DNA of 62,980 nucleotides, counting the filler, from Choristocarpus tenellus KU-1152 (Eukaryota; Protista; Phaeophyceae): NCBI GenBank assembly GCA_964200185.2. It is 9 parts of 9 records of this genome, joined end to end, with 100 filler letters (N's around TTAATTAATTAA, not from the genome) between each part and the next. Parts side by side here need not be neighbours in the genome. Positions count along the whole stretch, not along the records: positions 44,466 to 60,015 come from CAXNAD020000975.1; positions 60,116 to 62,980 come from CAXNAD020024110.1; 7 more parts are not named here. The stretch is one strand, 5' to 3'. The stretch's first letter is position 1. Each line of letters opens with the position of its first letter. A program made the translations under genes and the position numbers. The notes below the pieces were generated by a model that saw only the letters and a list, made by a program, of their open reading frames with translations, was not told where the DNA came from and made no database searches. This document shows, piece by piece, positions 50,801 to 62,980 of the stretch.

Positions 50801-53800
50801 TATGCAGCACATATACAGGGGAAAATTGCAACTATTGTGGATAAAAGCGATGGTTCTACAATTACGACAAGCGACCAAGTTCGACATAGAAGAGTGTAAG
50901 TATGCATGTGGGTAAATAATCCTTGTCACCTAAATCCCCTTTTCGACGAGTAAGGTGGTAGTGGATATATCCCTCCTCGAGTGTCGTGCACCAACGGAAA
51001 CGTCTGACATAAAGAAGGAACGCCATCAGTCTTCGGATTGGGGTCGCAGACATGATGTTACCCCTTGACAAATATATCTAGACCTCTTGGAACTAGGTTT
51101 TGGGTGAAAGCAAATTTGAAATTTCTTATTGACCAGCTCTTAGACCTTGTACGAAAATTTGACGCCTCAATTTCATACACGCGTAAGACCATACAATTTT
51201 TCGAATCTTGTGTGGCTGTAGATGAGTGATTTTACTCTGATCTTGAAGTTGGCATCAACAAGAACCAAACATTCGTAAAATGAGTTCATATATCCCATCA
51301 CCCAATTCTATGAATAAGTTTACAGCGGTGTAATTACCCTTGAGATGGTGTAACACAAAAAAACCCTGGAAACTGGATGTGGGGAAAGTTGCTCATGATC
51401 AATGACATACCACAACTTCAAATCAACGAATTTCACATTCAAAAAAATATCAGTGAACTCAAAGTGTTGGGTAGATAAAAATTCAATATCTTACAAAATG
51501 TGAAAAGTGTGGTTGTTACAAGTAAGACAGAGTGTTGTAGTTGATAATAAAATAATAAATAGCGTTTGAAGAGGTATCTCTTACATTACTATAAATACTG
51601 ACTTTCGCAAGAGTCGTTGTGATGTTGGTCTTGGCGTTTTCCCTCACACATCTCCAAAATGTTAGACATAATAATCGCCAGATATTGTATAACATCCTTG
51701 TACATCTTCAGCACCCACGCCTACATTGCCATAGTGTTCAAATCCAAAACAGAATTCGAAATCGCCAACTACAATAATAATTCAGAAAAAAAAGATGAAA
51801 ACGGTGTTTTGGTGATTTTCATGTACCAACCAACCTCTATCTGTACTGTACAGAAGTTGATGCATCAGGTCTTCACTGAGTAAAATGGACTTCATTGTTG
51901 TCATATTCGTTGTATTCCTTGCCTTCAACTTATCTTCTTCATCCCTCAAAATGTTGGGGTGGGGATAATAGTGTACAGGATCTACAAGAAAGTGGAACTT
52001 CTCTCTGATCTCATCCTCATGTCTACCAACATTTTCCAAATTCTCTATCTAAGATGGTTGTGGTGATAGGCATTAGAAGAAAAAACCACTAATTTTTTTT
52101 CTTCTATTTAATTAAATTTTATCATTAGTGCTAAGCAAGATTTTGAGACATCAGTCCGACCAGTCCCAAATCTACATTCAAAATGTTGTGAGAAGACCAA
52201 AAAATATCTTTCAAAAGGTCGAGAAATACAGAAAACACAAAAGAAAATTAATGAAGGAAAAAGAACGAGAACAACCTAGTGTAACTGAGAAGGGTAACTT
52301 AGAAAAAGTCAACACAAACGCCCATTTATGCCACATAATAAATTTATTGTTAGACACATATGAAAGTAGGAAGAGGCACTAAACAAAACACATATGACAA
52401 CCTAATTGGAAACCCTTGGGTTGGGTATGGCTCTGACCTAAGAATTATTCCTTGGTACTGGTGGTAGTATCAATCTGTTGATGGGTACAAGGAAATTGAT
52501 CATATTTTTTCTGTCGCGTGCATTTGAGTGGCTACACACACGTCTTCTGGCAAATTGTGGTCCTTCATGATGGACTCCATCGACTTCACTACTTGCTCGA
52601 AACAATTCCATTTTCTGAGGGGAAAGAATAAACGCGAAGGGTCGCGAGGTAGGGGTGACGAGGTACCCGTGAGGAGAAGTCAACGGCGATGAGGAAGTAC
52701 ACAGGGAATCGTACAACGTACATAAGTATGTAACAATAGTTACCAATAAAAAACTTTCAATTAAATAAATACCTCAATTGTTCTTCCATTTAAAAGCACG
52801 AACTCGATCAAATCGTCGCGATTCCCCCAACCTAAATTTCTGAACGCTGAAACAAGAACATGGATGTATAAGAAAAACACAAAAACATAGTTCTGAAGGC
52901 ACAGTCCCAAACAGTCATAAATCCATCAACGGCGAGCAACGCGTATTCGTGCGTTACAATATTGATCAGTCAAGACCTTTCCATCAAAGTTATTTCGGTT
53001 CTTCTTTTCTATTTAATAGCAGAAACTCGATCAAAACGCCTGGATTCCCTCAACTTAAATTTCGAAAGAAGAAGGGAGCCATGTATACTAAAACATTAGA
53101 CATGATTCTCAGGCACTCTACCAAACGCGTGTAAATCGCTCAACAGCAGCTTACCCATACACCCTGTTCGTTTACAGGAACCGTTTGGTTCTTATTAAGA
53201 CAACTATTAAAAACAAGACAGAATTCTTGGTGAATCAAGTAAGGATAAAACTGTACCCTGTGCACATTAAAAAATACATGAAAAAAAGGCCACTATATAT
53301 ATATTTCTTCTAGTGGTGAGATAACTATATTACTATCTTCACTTCAGGCTGGGACTATCCCAACCCATGGTAAGACCAGACCCACTACTTCTCATATGAA
53401 CTCCCATAACTGACCATTAGAGAGAAAAACTGTAAAACCTGTGATATACACTTGAAGGGTAACCAATTTACCTTAGTTCGCTTTTGTCGTTCACTCCCAG
53501 CAAGATCTACTAAGTTGAATCTAGAAGACCAGGATCGAACAACGCGCCTGTCTGCTCCCCTGACCTTACCAGGCCCTTCCTCCCCTCCCCCACTGGCCTC
53601 CCCCTCCAACACCCCTCCACCTCCCCCACTTGCAGATCGTGTCCTTCCAATGACACTCTCCTTTCTTTCCACACCCGACACAGCAAGCGTGAACACTGCG
53701 TGGGTTCGAGAGCTCTCCGAGTTCATACTTGTTCCAAACATGTACCTCGAGGCTTGGCCCCTACAAAGAACATCAGCAGCCTCTTCAGCCGACTTGACCT

Positions 53801-56800
53801 ATTGAAGGGGAAAGAGAGGAGGGGTCAATGTTGGGGGGGGGGGTAGTTGGTTTGTGTTAGGACACAGGAGTAACACCAGCATTATACAGAATGTTGCAAG
53901 CTTGGACTCCTATTAGTATTAGTACCAGAAGGGATTTTATAGTTCAGAATGCAGCTCTACAGCACTTTTCATCTCATCCTGTTAACAGGGAGCCACTACA
54001 TGGTGGGTGGCACATGTGTTTTATATGTAAGGATGTTTTGGTGCATGTGGAAGAAGCCCTCTACAAGTTCTCAAGCCAAAGAGCAGTGGTGTCAGTTGAT
54101 TGGAGCCGCAATCCATGCCGTATCCATCTTATCTGCAGAGAGCTATCTGCCTACTGATAATAAGGGTCTTTTTTTATCAGCTAAGCTTGCAGCTACCTTT
54201 CCCACTATTCAGTATGTTTTGAAATATTGCAAACAGCGACGTTTCTTTGATACAGGTATCAAGGATATATTTCATGTCACAAAGAGTCAACACTATCATG
54301 CTGTCAAAAAAGAACCGCTCTGCAGCAGCAAATATGGCATGGCAAAGGGAACAAGATTAATTTCTCCACAACAAAGCTTTTATTTAGAGAATGACACGGG
54401 CAGATGATGGAGCAATAAATCATGACCACGGCAGGAAGAGAGCAACCAACATCATCAACAACAAAAGCCAGCAACATCTGGTAACCTATGTACAACCACT
54501 CAATCAATAGACTCCATTGCTACCTAGATGGCAAATGATATATTCATTCGTAGCAGATACAAAGAATCCCGTCACCTATACTGCAGTAAATAAAATAATA
54601 ATAATTGAACATGGCGCCCCAGGGCACTCCAGAGCCTTTGTGCTCACCTCTTCCTCCATCAACCCCTCAATGAAGACACCCTTCGTCTTGTCTTCCCGGA
54701 CAACCAGGGGATTTCCAGCCTTCTTAAAACCTTCACCTGCCGCTAGGTCATACACCTGCAAGGAGGTACAGAGTAGTACGGCACACACAAAGACAAGCAT
54801 CCGACTGAAGGCATGAGTATCAGAAAGAAAAGAGTGATCCTAGACAATCGCAAACAAATATTTTGTCACTCATCTGTACCAATGAACATGAATATCTCAC
54901 AATGAATATGCTGCAGATACCAAGACCATATTGCCTATGCCAAGGCACCAGACACAAAACACGAAAGTACAACAGATGCACACATTCTCGTCCCAAATAG
55001 GTCATCTGACTCCGTACAGCAAGGTGCTTAACTGTCTACATGCCAACAAACCAACATCACCATTAGCGAGGAATCATGGCCCACGCCATAATGGCATGTC
55101 AATCTCAATCAATAAGAACACAATGTAGGTCATCAATTTGGTACAAGAGACAACAATTGACCTGTTTATTCCTAACACAGTGTACACTATATCTTTTGCG
55201 TACAATATTTAAGCGCTTCACAAGGACACATGGATGTTTTGTGCGGTCTCGGTTTGAAATACAAGTATCAGAATCAAAGGTAACCTCCAACTTGATCGTG
55301 TTACCACATTACCTTCCCAGTCGGTCTGCCTACAAACCAGCATGACAGGTAGAGAGGGAGGGAGGGAGGGAGGGAAAGAAGATTTGTCTATTTGCATCAT
55401 CCCTGCTTGGAACAACACTGTATGACAGCAGCAGGTAGCAGGTAATAGCTTCAGTTGTGACAAAAACTGGGAAGCATAATAGAGTAGAGCACCAAGATTG
55501 AAGTATCATCTACACATGAATCACATTTACATTAGGACTCTGCCTGCGATATTGAACATTTCTATGGTCCAAAATGCTTTCACTACTACCACAGTCCTTT
55601 CCCAACAGTAGGAGACCATGTCTACATGTGCAACTTGGTTGCTGTCTGCTTCTCAGACCAGTGCACCTGTGTGAGAGTACCAGGTCTTGAAATTCCTGAC
55701 TTACGTAGAGTAAGAAATCGTAGGTTGATGGAGCAGTAAGATGATACAATGTTCGCCACCATGGTATGAGAAATTCAATCACTACTGTCAATAGTTCCTT
55801 ACATGCAGGTACATCATAAGTTCAACTAAACTAGAACCCTATTTAAAATGGTGGTAAAAATCCTCTATTAGTGTTCTCACACACTGTCCCACATATTCTT
55901 CCAACAACAGTTCCTTTCTTTGAAGATCAACAAAGATGCATCCTCGAAAAAAAAACAGCACCACAGGGCACATTCTAACATAATCCACCCCCTCCATACG
56001 TACAGAAAAATGCTCCCACATTGAAGGCCCCCACCAAGTACTTTGACTCTACGTCAACAGAAAAAGTCAACAGAGATGCGCAACAGTATTCAGTGAACAA
56101 TAGGCTGGTTCCTCTGTTTCTCTTGTTTCTCCATCACAGATATGGACTTAGGGAAGTTTTCCGGTGTCACAGCAGACAGTAAATACAGGGGGAGATTCAA
56201 CAGTAAAGTGGCGCTTATTTTTGAACCCTACAAGGGTTTGCTGTTTTCAGTCCTCTATGATACTCCTCCTGTGGACAGGGGGTCTGGTACTTCATTCGTT
56301 TCTCGCATCATAGGAAGAACCATCTCCACTCCACCAAAAAGGCTGCTTACAGAAAGGAACAGAAAGAGAGAGTACCGCATCTACCATAATCAGCAACAGC
56401 AAACCCTTTTTTAATATCTTTGAAGTAAAAATATGAAAGCCAAACCCACCTGCTCCTTGTATATCTCGTAGAACGAACACCGACAGGAAAATAACTCCTC
56501 CACATCCATCTCCAATCCTCCAGGCGTGCACTCTCTCGTTTCTTTCCCTCGAATGCTCGCGAACATGTATTCCAGGACACGAGGAACAAGACCCCTCTGA
56601 TTGCTAATCCTCGGTAGCCCACCCCCCTCGCCCAATCCATCACCATGCGCGAGCTCTTCTCTCACGCCCCTAAGCACTCCCAGGGCATTATCTCCAGCAC
56701 CCCCCCCAAAGGTATGCCTTCGAGGATCACTTTTCTGCGGGGAGTCTGTCATTGTTGGCCTCGACCCCGCACCTGAATCGGGTGCACCACGTCCGACAAA

Positions 56801-57815
56801 CCTCTCTAGTCCAGAGCTCAGTGGTCGATGCCCAGTCGTTCGCTCTAACTGCTGCGGCGAGGAATGTTCTAGGAGTGGGGGGGGACCGAAAGTGGTAAAT
56901 GTTTTACCAGAACCTGTTTGACCATAGCAGAAGATGGTCGCATTGAATCCTTCTATGCAAGCGTCTGTCACTGGCCGACCCACCTGGTTGATACACGAAG
57001 GATGTGACGGAAAAAAAGATGTATGAGTGATTTTATGTGGATAATTGCCAAGAGAGTCTTCACTCAGAGAAGGAAGGACAACCACCAGAATCAAATATAC
57101 ACTGCTGGCAATTAGTTCATTAATGAGTTCAAGGTCGGTGGATTGGAAGGAAATCTGTCATCCAATATCGCGGGAAGATTGAGATGGCAGGCTGTGCAAG
57201 ATATAACTTCACGCTACTTAGGCATAGTAATATGGCTATATGGTACATGAACTAGACAAATAGGTTCAGCATTCCTATACTAGAAGGAAATCTGTCATCT
57301 GAAGTTGAAGGGAAAGATTGAGATGTGGCCTGACAATTAACCTCAGATCACTTCATTCAAAATTATGATCGTGTGAAGACTGAGAGGTCTCTTACCTTGT
57401 TGAACACCTCTTCCTGAGAAGTGTACTCGCCGGCTACATAATCGAAGGTGAAGTTCGCTGATTTACCCACAGCTGGGCGAGAGAACCAAGCGACAGTACG
57501 CTCGTCATCTCCAACCGAGACACATCTTGGCTCGCCTGGAAAGGCAGGGCGCACTCTGCATGCAACTATCATATGTCGGTGGTCAGGAAATGAAGGAGGG
57601 CATCCCCCTTCGACACTTCCCTCAGGTGACGACTTGCTGGCTGTTCGATCCCGGGATGTTCGATCCTTCAAAGGTGTGAGTAAGGGTCGCATGTGGCACG
57701 ATTCCTCCGTAGAGGTATGCGACCCTGCATTGGATAATTTTCTGGTCATTGGAGGCGATGCTTGAGGACGAACAGGATCAGGAGCCTCTGCCTCCCCCTC
57801 TCCCCATCCAGGCAT
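44846..57815 (-). CDS. Kinesin motor protein, most like kinesin-12/KIF15, 3'-partial, with one in-frame TGA; exons 57815-57396, 56983-56450, 54755-54648, 53798-53472, 49481-49374, 49007-48879, 47120-46998, 44953-44846
   Basis: All GT-AG, all phase 0. Motifs: [31 protein letters not shown] (P-loop), [46 protein letters not shown] (switch I), LVDLAGSE (switch II), [47 protein letters not shown], then coiled coil. Kinesin is certain; the subfamily call is about 0.6. Confidence 0.92.
51100..52750 (-). mobile_element. Scrambled hAT-like transposase fragments in kinesin intron 4
   Basis: [17 protein letters not shown] (~52530-52580), [10 protein letters not shown] (~51960-51990), [10 protein letters not shown] (~51640-51670) and [13 protein letters not shown] (~51180-51215). 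Same family as 16330-19640. Confidence 0.5.
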
Positions 57816-59855
57816 GAAGGCTTGTTACTCCTGAAACTACAAACTAATCGCCTGATTGAAGAAGCTGAACCACTACCACTAAGCTTCGCACACCGAAATT
57901 CAGATAAATCACAGCAACTCCATGTTCAGCGCTGCGCTCACAGGTGTACAGAACAAACACCAACCCTCTTGTCTCACACCTCACACCTTCTACCTTTGCT
58001 CGATCTGTACTGGTTCCTGCAGGGCCAAAACAGTGTAGGAGGAAGATGGTTCTGGCAATGTGTTCTGTTGTTCGTGATTGGTTGGAGAACTTATTATTCC
58101 AAAAATGCGGAGTTGACAGCACAAAAACTCCACATTCACTTATTTGACATATGTCAAATACATATACATTGTATTCCATCATCGTACCATAATAGAGTGA
58201 GTGTTTAGTACTAAAACTTTTGAAGGATAATTGACAAGTGCGAACCTCCGTTACAGGTATGAGTTGCCCCGTGTGAGAAAGGGTATGTGAGAGGTGAAAA
58301 GACCTCTCCACCTGACTGAGTGAATATTCGTTGGGTTTCTGAGGGTCTGGAGACGTTGACCATTTGACCCTTTCCATTTTTTGGAAAGAAAGGGAATGAC
58401 GAATTGTCGTAATATATGTATATATAAAATATGTAAGCAATGCATACGGTATGTACACCTATTTAGTAGTAATGTAGTTCTATCATGTTCCATTTATAAA
58501 CGAAAACAAAAAATTTACTGAAGAAGATGGAAATGGGCAACCACATTCGAATCACAAAATCAGATACTACCCAGAGATAAATGTATTATCATAGGTATGG
58601 AATGAGGGGGCGAGAAGGATTTCAAGTTGAAAGGTCTCATGAATCAGACACCACCACAAGTCGGTGAGATGTAAATTAAGTGATGAACGCACCATTCTTC
58701 TGATGTAGTTGGATTATTTCAAGGTGATTGATGGGGTTAAAACGAAGAAGTAATCGAATTGCAGAAGAAAGGCAGAAAAATCTGGACATCAAATAATATC
58801 GAAAAGTCAAAAAGGAAGGGGGGTAATAACCAGATTTACATTACAATATACATCTCTCTATATTTCATATAATTTTAGGTTTAGGGTGAAGGTATGGAGG
58901 TAATTGTGTATATTGTTATGGATATATATAGTATGTGGGGGGTTGGTTATTACCACATCGTTGGGGTCCTGTTTTGACCTGTCTAAATAGTTTCTCTGTG
59001 CAAAACGATAAACGGTCAGAAAGACCGATCCACAACCCACTCACAATAATAACAATTGTGGGTTGGTTATGCATACATATACTAATGTAACATGTACAAC
59101 ACATTGTGTGATAACCCTTGAGTTTTTCGATCATAAAGGTACACCTAGCATAATATGTTGTACCAATGTAATCATATTATTAGTGTGTGGGGCCCCTATC
59201 TATGCATACATATGTGTACGTATAAAATATGGTTTACTTCCAAGTACCATCGAGGACTAAACATGAACCATTGACCATTCAGAACATGGTACTAAAAACA
59301 TGATCATGGGTCTAACTAGTGGTATAAAGAGGGGTAGAGTAATGGAGTATATACCGTGGGCGTCATATGGAGGTGGGCTCCTATCGTAAGGAGGACCTTC
59401 AAAATATTGTTGAAATCTATGCTCAATTTTCCCAACATACAATTGCACAAGGAAGGTTGCTCCATTGAGAGCTGTTATAACCTACATATAGATATTCCTT
59501 GCCACCCTTCTTAACGGCCTCGCTTGCTTCTACCAATTTATGCTGGGATCTGATGCTGCTGCTTACACACTAATCTTCGAGAGTGAGCACCCTTTCACCT
59601 GTGAAAAGTACCCTCAAGAACTTCCTCCGCTTCTGCACCCTGGAATTCTTGACTTCATAAAGGTTAGCAAACTACCTTCACGTTTGGGTATCTAAACGGC
59701 CAAGACCAAGTTGATTGCGGCTCTTGGTTTTTATATGATCCATGCATTAAAGCCCCAGCTCAACTGCCTACACAGGAGTATGTATGACTACACAGATATT
59801 CGCCGGCTTGTACATGTTCAGTTAGTATTCCTCACACTCTCCATCGTACACCAAA

Positions 59856-60015
59856 GGCTCAAAGTATCTGGCGGGGGGCGTGGCGGCTGCCCATTTGGGG
59901 TCAATTTTTTCATGTCGCGATTTTTGTGTGATTCGGTTGCATACATTGGATGGATGATTTAAGTGCACTTTTCCTGATTTTGGTCCAAATGGACACCCTG
60001 GCGTAGACCCCCCCC
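59856..60015. mobile_element. MITE family A copy truncated by the contig end
   Basis: ggctcaaagtatctggcggggg..ggggtcaattttttcatgtcgcgattttt..aaatggacaccctggcgtagacccc is colinear with 17550-17680. Confidence 0.82.
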
Positions 60016-60363
60016 NNNNNNNNNNNNNNNNNNNNNNNNNNNNNNNNNNNNNNNNNNNNTTAATTAATTAANNNNNNNNNNNNNNNNNNNNNNNNNNNNN
60101 NNNNNNNNNNNNNNNGGGGGTTCAGGCAACACCGTCGATAAAACAATCAAGGACGCTTTTTATTGCACGTCTGTGGTTAACCACACATACATACTACATG
60201 GTCACCCAAAAATCAATAAGTTGGTTGACAGGGTATCTAAATGCGGGATAACTATCTCAACTTAGGTTGAATAGCAGGACACAGAGATATCTCGCAACAG
60301 ATGTAACTCAACTAGAGGAGGAGTAGAGCGCGACCATCCCACCAATGTCGACAACTCTCTCAC

Positions 60364-61392
60364 CTTTTGGTACATTCTGCGGATCTCTGCTAGTGACACT
60401 TCTTTTTTCTTCGTCTGTCGTTTGATAGCTTCTTGGAGCTCATGCTGAAAATATATCTTGTTGTATAACGTGCGCTCAACCACACTCTCGGTCGTGTCGT
60501 TGAATGCTATAAGCATGGCGGTGCAGTGGGTGAACAGGACAAGGGTTAGGAGGGGAGCGGTCACGGGACACACGCGGCCTGCGGCAATGAGAAACATGTT
60601 GCTGTGGACAGGAATATCACAAGGGATAAAAAAGGTGAGCAACGAAAAGATCCACAATGGGCTGACTGACAATGAACATAGCAAGGGAAACTCGGCAACA
60701 ACTTTGTATATCAGAATAGTCATCAGGCGATCATGGAACAAAGAAAACACTCAATTTACTTCGGTGCTTAGTTGATCAGAATGGTTAGGCGATCATAGAA
60801 CAACGTCATGATTATCAACTTACTTTGTTGCTTACTTGATGGTAATAGTCATCAGGCGAACATGGAATAACGAGAACACTCAACTTACTTTATTGCTTAG
60901 TTGATCAGAACGGTCAGGCGATTATGGAAAAACGAAAACACTCCATCACCCACCGTTGGCAATTAGCCTCTCTTCTGCTTGGTTGAACTCCATTTAGATC
61001 CGCATGGTGAAAGTGCGCTCCGGATCAAACTCTCTCTTCTGCACAGTTATTCTATGGTTTCCGTCCAGTACACGCCCTTCAATGGCAAGCGCAGTTTCGG
61101 CGTTGAGCTGATCCACATTACCTAAACAGTCTCGCTGGATGACAACACTTGGGGCAAACTGCTCCAGTCAGCCTTTCTCCTTTATAGACTTCATCACGCG
61201 CGCAGGGCCACGCTCGCTTAAAGGACGCACCATCTCTGCGCATGTGACGTTTGTGAGTTTCATCTTGTATGATCCGAGGTAGTGATGCTCTAGGAGCTGG
61301 GACATGCCCTTCAGAGTTAAGTCCCACGTTCTCAATCCGTGGACAGCGCCATCGGCGGGCGGGCGGGCTGTTGTTGAGGGAATGTTGGACAT
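60364..61392 (-). pseudogene. Spliced ParB/Srx-like domain gene with two in-frame stops; exons 61392-60954 and 60506-60364
   Basis: Reading through ORF 61168..61392 in frame gives VRPLSERGPARVMKSIKEKG*LEQFAPSVVI..RVLDGNHRITVQKR..MRI*MEF..LIAN. A phase-1 g|gtgggt donor joins tag|caFNDTTESVVERTLYNKIYF..YQK|gtgag. The SI..G.L..P..V..DGxHR pattern is the ParB/Srx N-terminal signature. TGA at 61168-61170, TAA at 60994-60996. Confidence 0.7.
60710..60945. repeat. Four ~62-67-bp tandem units (two ~129-bp dimers) in the ParB-like intron
   Basis: yaggcga..atggaa..aacactcaacttact..tgcttagttgat anchors at ~60724, 60786, 60853 and 60915. Confidence 0.8.
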
Positions 61393-62174
61393 GGCAAAGA
61401 TTGGGAGGGTGTGATGGGGATGGATAAGTAATAGGTCTGCGTGGTATCTAGGAATGAATTGAAATGAGGACTGAGGGATGGGTTAGGCTGTTTTATTTCA
61501 TCTGGTCTGTCGATCCTCAAAACTCAGATTTCACAATTTTTATGAAAATTGCGTTATAAAAAATACGAATATCAAACAGCGTACGATTTTATATTGAACT
61601 GGGACAGAGAGTACCTGTATTTTTGTGACCTTTTCGTTTCGTACGTTTCAAACGTTTTAGATCAATGAAGGATGTGGTTTATATCTGTATTTCTTGATGT
61701 AAAGATTAGAATATCATTCTAATTTTGGGAAAACACTCACGCACGTGTTTTGGGTGTTCGACGGTAATCAAGATCAGTGCTAATCTTGAATACCATAGAT
61801 CCGCTTTTTTGTGGTCTTTAGTGTTTATTTAAATACTAAAGACGCCAAAAAGAGAATTTAGTATTTAAATAAATAGTGGGTACCAGTTGGAAGTGTCCTT
61901 TTAGTTTCTGAAAATTGGAAACGTGTGAGACCCATAAAGTGCATTCTTGGTATTTTTAATAATCCTAAGAACGGTTATTACTGGATTGACTATTTTTAAA
62001 AACCCTAACGCACGTGTAAAGTGGATCCTTAGGTATTCTAGATCCGTGCTGATCAGGTTTACCTAAAGAACCACTTTTTATCGCCTCAACAGTTTATGAC
62101 AATCCATATGTCCGATTTGGTAGATTTTGTACTTCAAATATGTAGAGGGTTAGAGTTGTTTTTTGACGTTTTGG

Positions 62175-62980
62175 TTACTGTAAATTGGAAACATACAAGA
62201 TCAATTAAGTAAGTGATTGGTATCTTTCAATCACTGATATAATTGGATTTATTAAAAATAGAAATCACGGATATAATCTGATCTACAACTTCCAAAAAAT
62301 GTAACGTACGGATTTTCAGGAACATGGATCTCAGGGTGGTCCCACCGATCGCCCGAGGATCAAACAAAGTTGGTTTCGGAAGGTTGGAAATGTACAATAT
62401 CAATTAAATATGTGATTGGTATCTTAAAAAATACAAATCACTGATATAATTGGATTTTTATTAAAAATAGAAATCACGGATATAATTTTATTTACAATTC
62501 CGAAAAATGTAATGCACGGATTTTCAGGAACATGGGTCTCAGGGTGAGTCCCACCGATCGCCCGAGGATCAAACAAAGTTGGTTTCGGAACACTGGGAAT
62601 GTACAATATCCATTAAGTATGTGATTGGTATCTTAAAAAGTATAAATGACGGATATAATTGGATTTAAAAAAAATAGAAATCACGGTTAGAATCTGATTT
62701 ACAACGTCCGAAAAATGTAACGCACGGATTTTCAGGAACACGGATCTCGGGGTGGTCCCATTGATCGCCCGAGACTCAAACAAAGTTGGTTTCGGAACAT
62801 TGGAAATGTACCATATCAATTAAATATGTGGTTGGTATCTTAAAAAATAGAAATCACTGATATAATTGGAGTTAAAAAAAATAGAAATCACGGATATAAT
62901 CTGATTTACAACTTCCGAAAAGTGTAACGCACGGATTTTCAGGATCATGGATCTCAGGGTGGTCCCACCGATCGCCCGAG
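62175..62980. repeat. ~208-bp tandem repeat, about 3.8 copies, continuing past the window end
   Basis: Anchor gaaatcacgg at 62261, 62470, 62677 and 62884. Units share ggtcccaccgatcgcccgag..caaacaaagttggtttcggaa. Confidence 0.95.

Noticed and set aside
49900-51100. Coding-like stretch in kinesin intron 4 (also 11290-12330 in a THOC2 intron and 45950-46700)
   Set aside because: Probably decayed transposon sequence, but I could not identify diagnostic motifs with enough confidence to name it.
57844-58458. 204-aa ORF upstream of the kinesin
   Set aside because: No recognisable motif, and an in-frame TAA lies just upstream of the kinesin ATG. Likely UTR or intergenic sequence.
7422-60115. Recurring TTAATTAATTAA motif, and a possible gene cluster (THOC2, WW, WDR55, kinesin, ParB-like)
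   Set aside because: The motif is an artificial linker between Ns. The genes lie on separate contigs, so no operon or cluster can be inferred.
48978-61170. Genome-wide UGA=Trp genetic code suggested by TGA in the kinesin and ParB-like frames
   Set aside because: All eight WW tryptophans and the conserved Trp codons in THOC2 and WDR55 are TGG. The ParB-like frame also has a TAA, which points to decay rather than recoding.

Overview
This window is not one locus. It is nine short eukaryotic contigs joined by eight artificial 100-bp linkers (N44-TTAATTAATTAA-N44), so adjacency across linkers means nothing. The DNA is intron-rich, with short GT-AG exons, long G/T-skewed introns, interstitial TTAGGG runs and many decayed transposons. 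That style is consistent with a stramenopile such as a brown-alga relative (inference only). By hand-splicing I reconstructed partial genes for THO complex subunit 2 (5 exons), a 4xWW + PH-like protein (8 exons), WDR55 (3 exons) and a kinesin-12/KIF15-like motor (8 exons, minus strand, one in-frame TGA in the conserved [11 protein letters not shown] motif). The last contig carries a spliced ParB/Srx-like (DGNHR) gene with two in-frame stops, next to palindromes and a ~208-bp tandem array. Mobile DNA includes two related Ty3/gypsy relics, a probable DIRS/Ngaro-type relic, CRE-like non-LTR 3' ends interleaved with hAT fragments, and a ~230-bp MITE seen five times. There is no CRISPR array, rRNA or tRNA. 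The best candidates for something undescribed are the ParB-like/palindrome/satellite module, the phase-1 WW exon cassettes and the hAT-nested CRE-like tandem. All product calls come from motif recognition by eye, not database searches.
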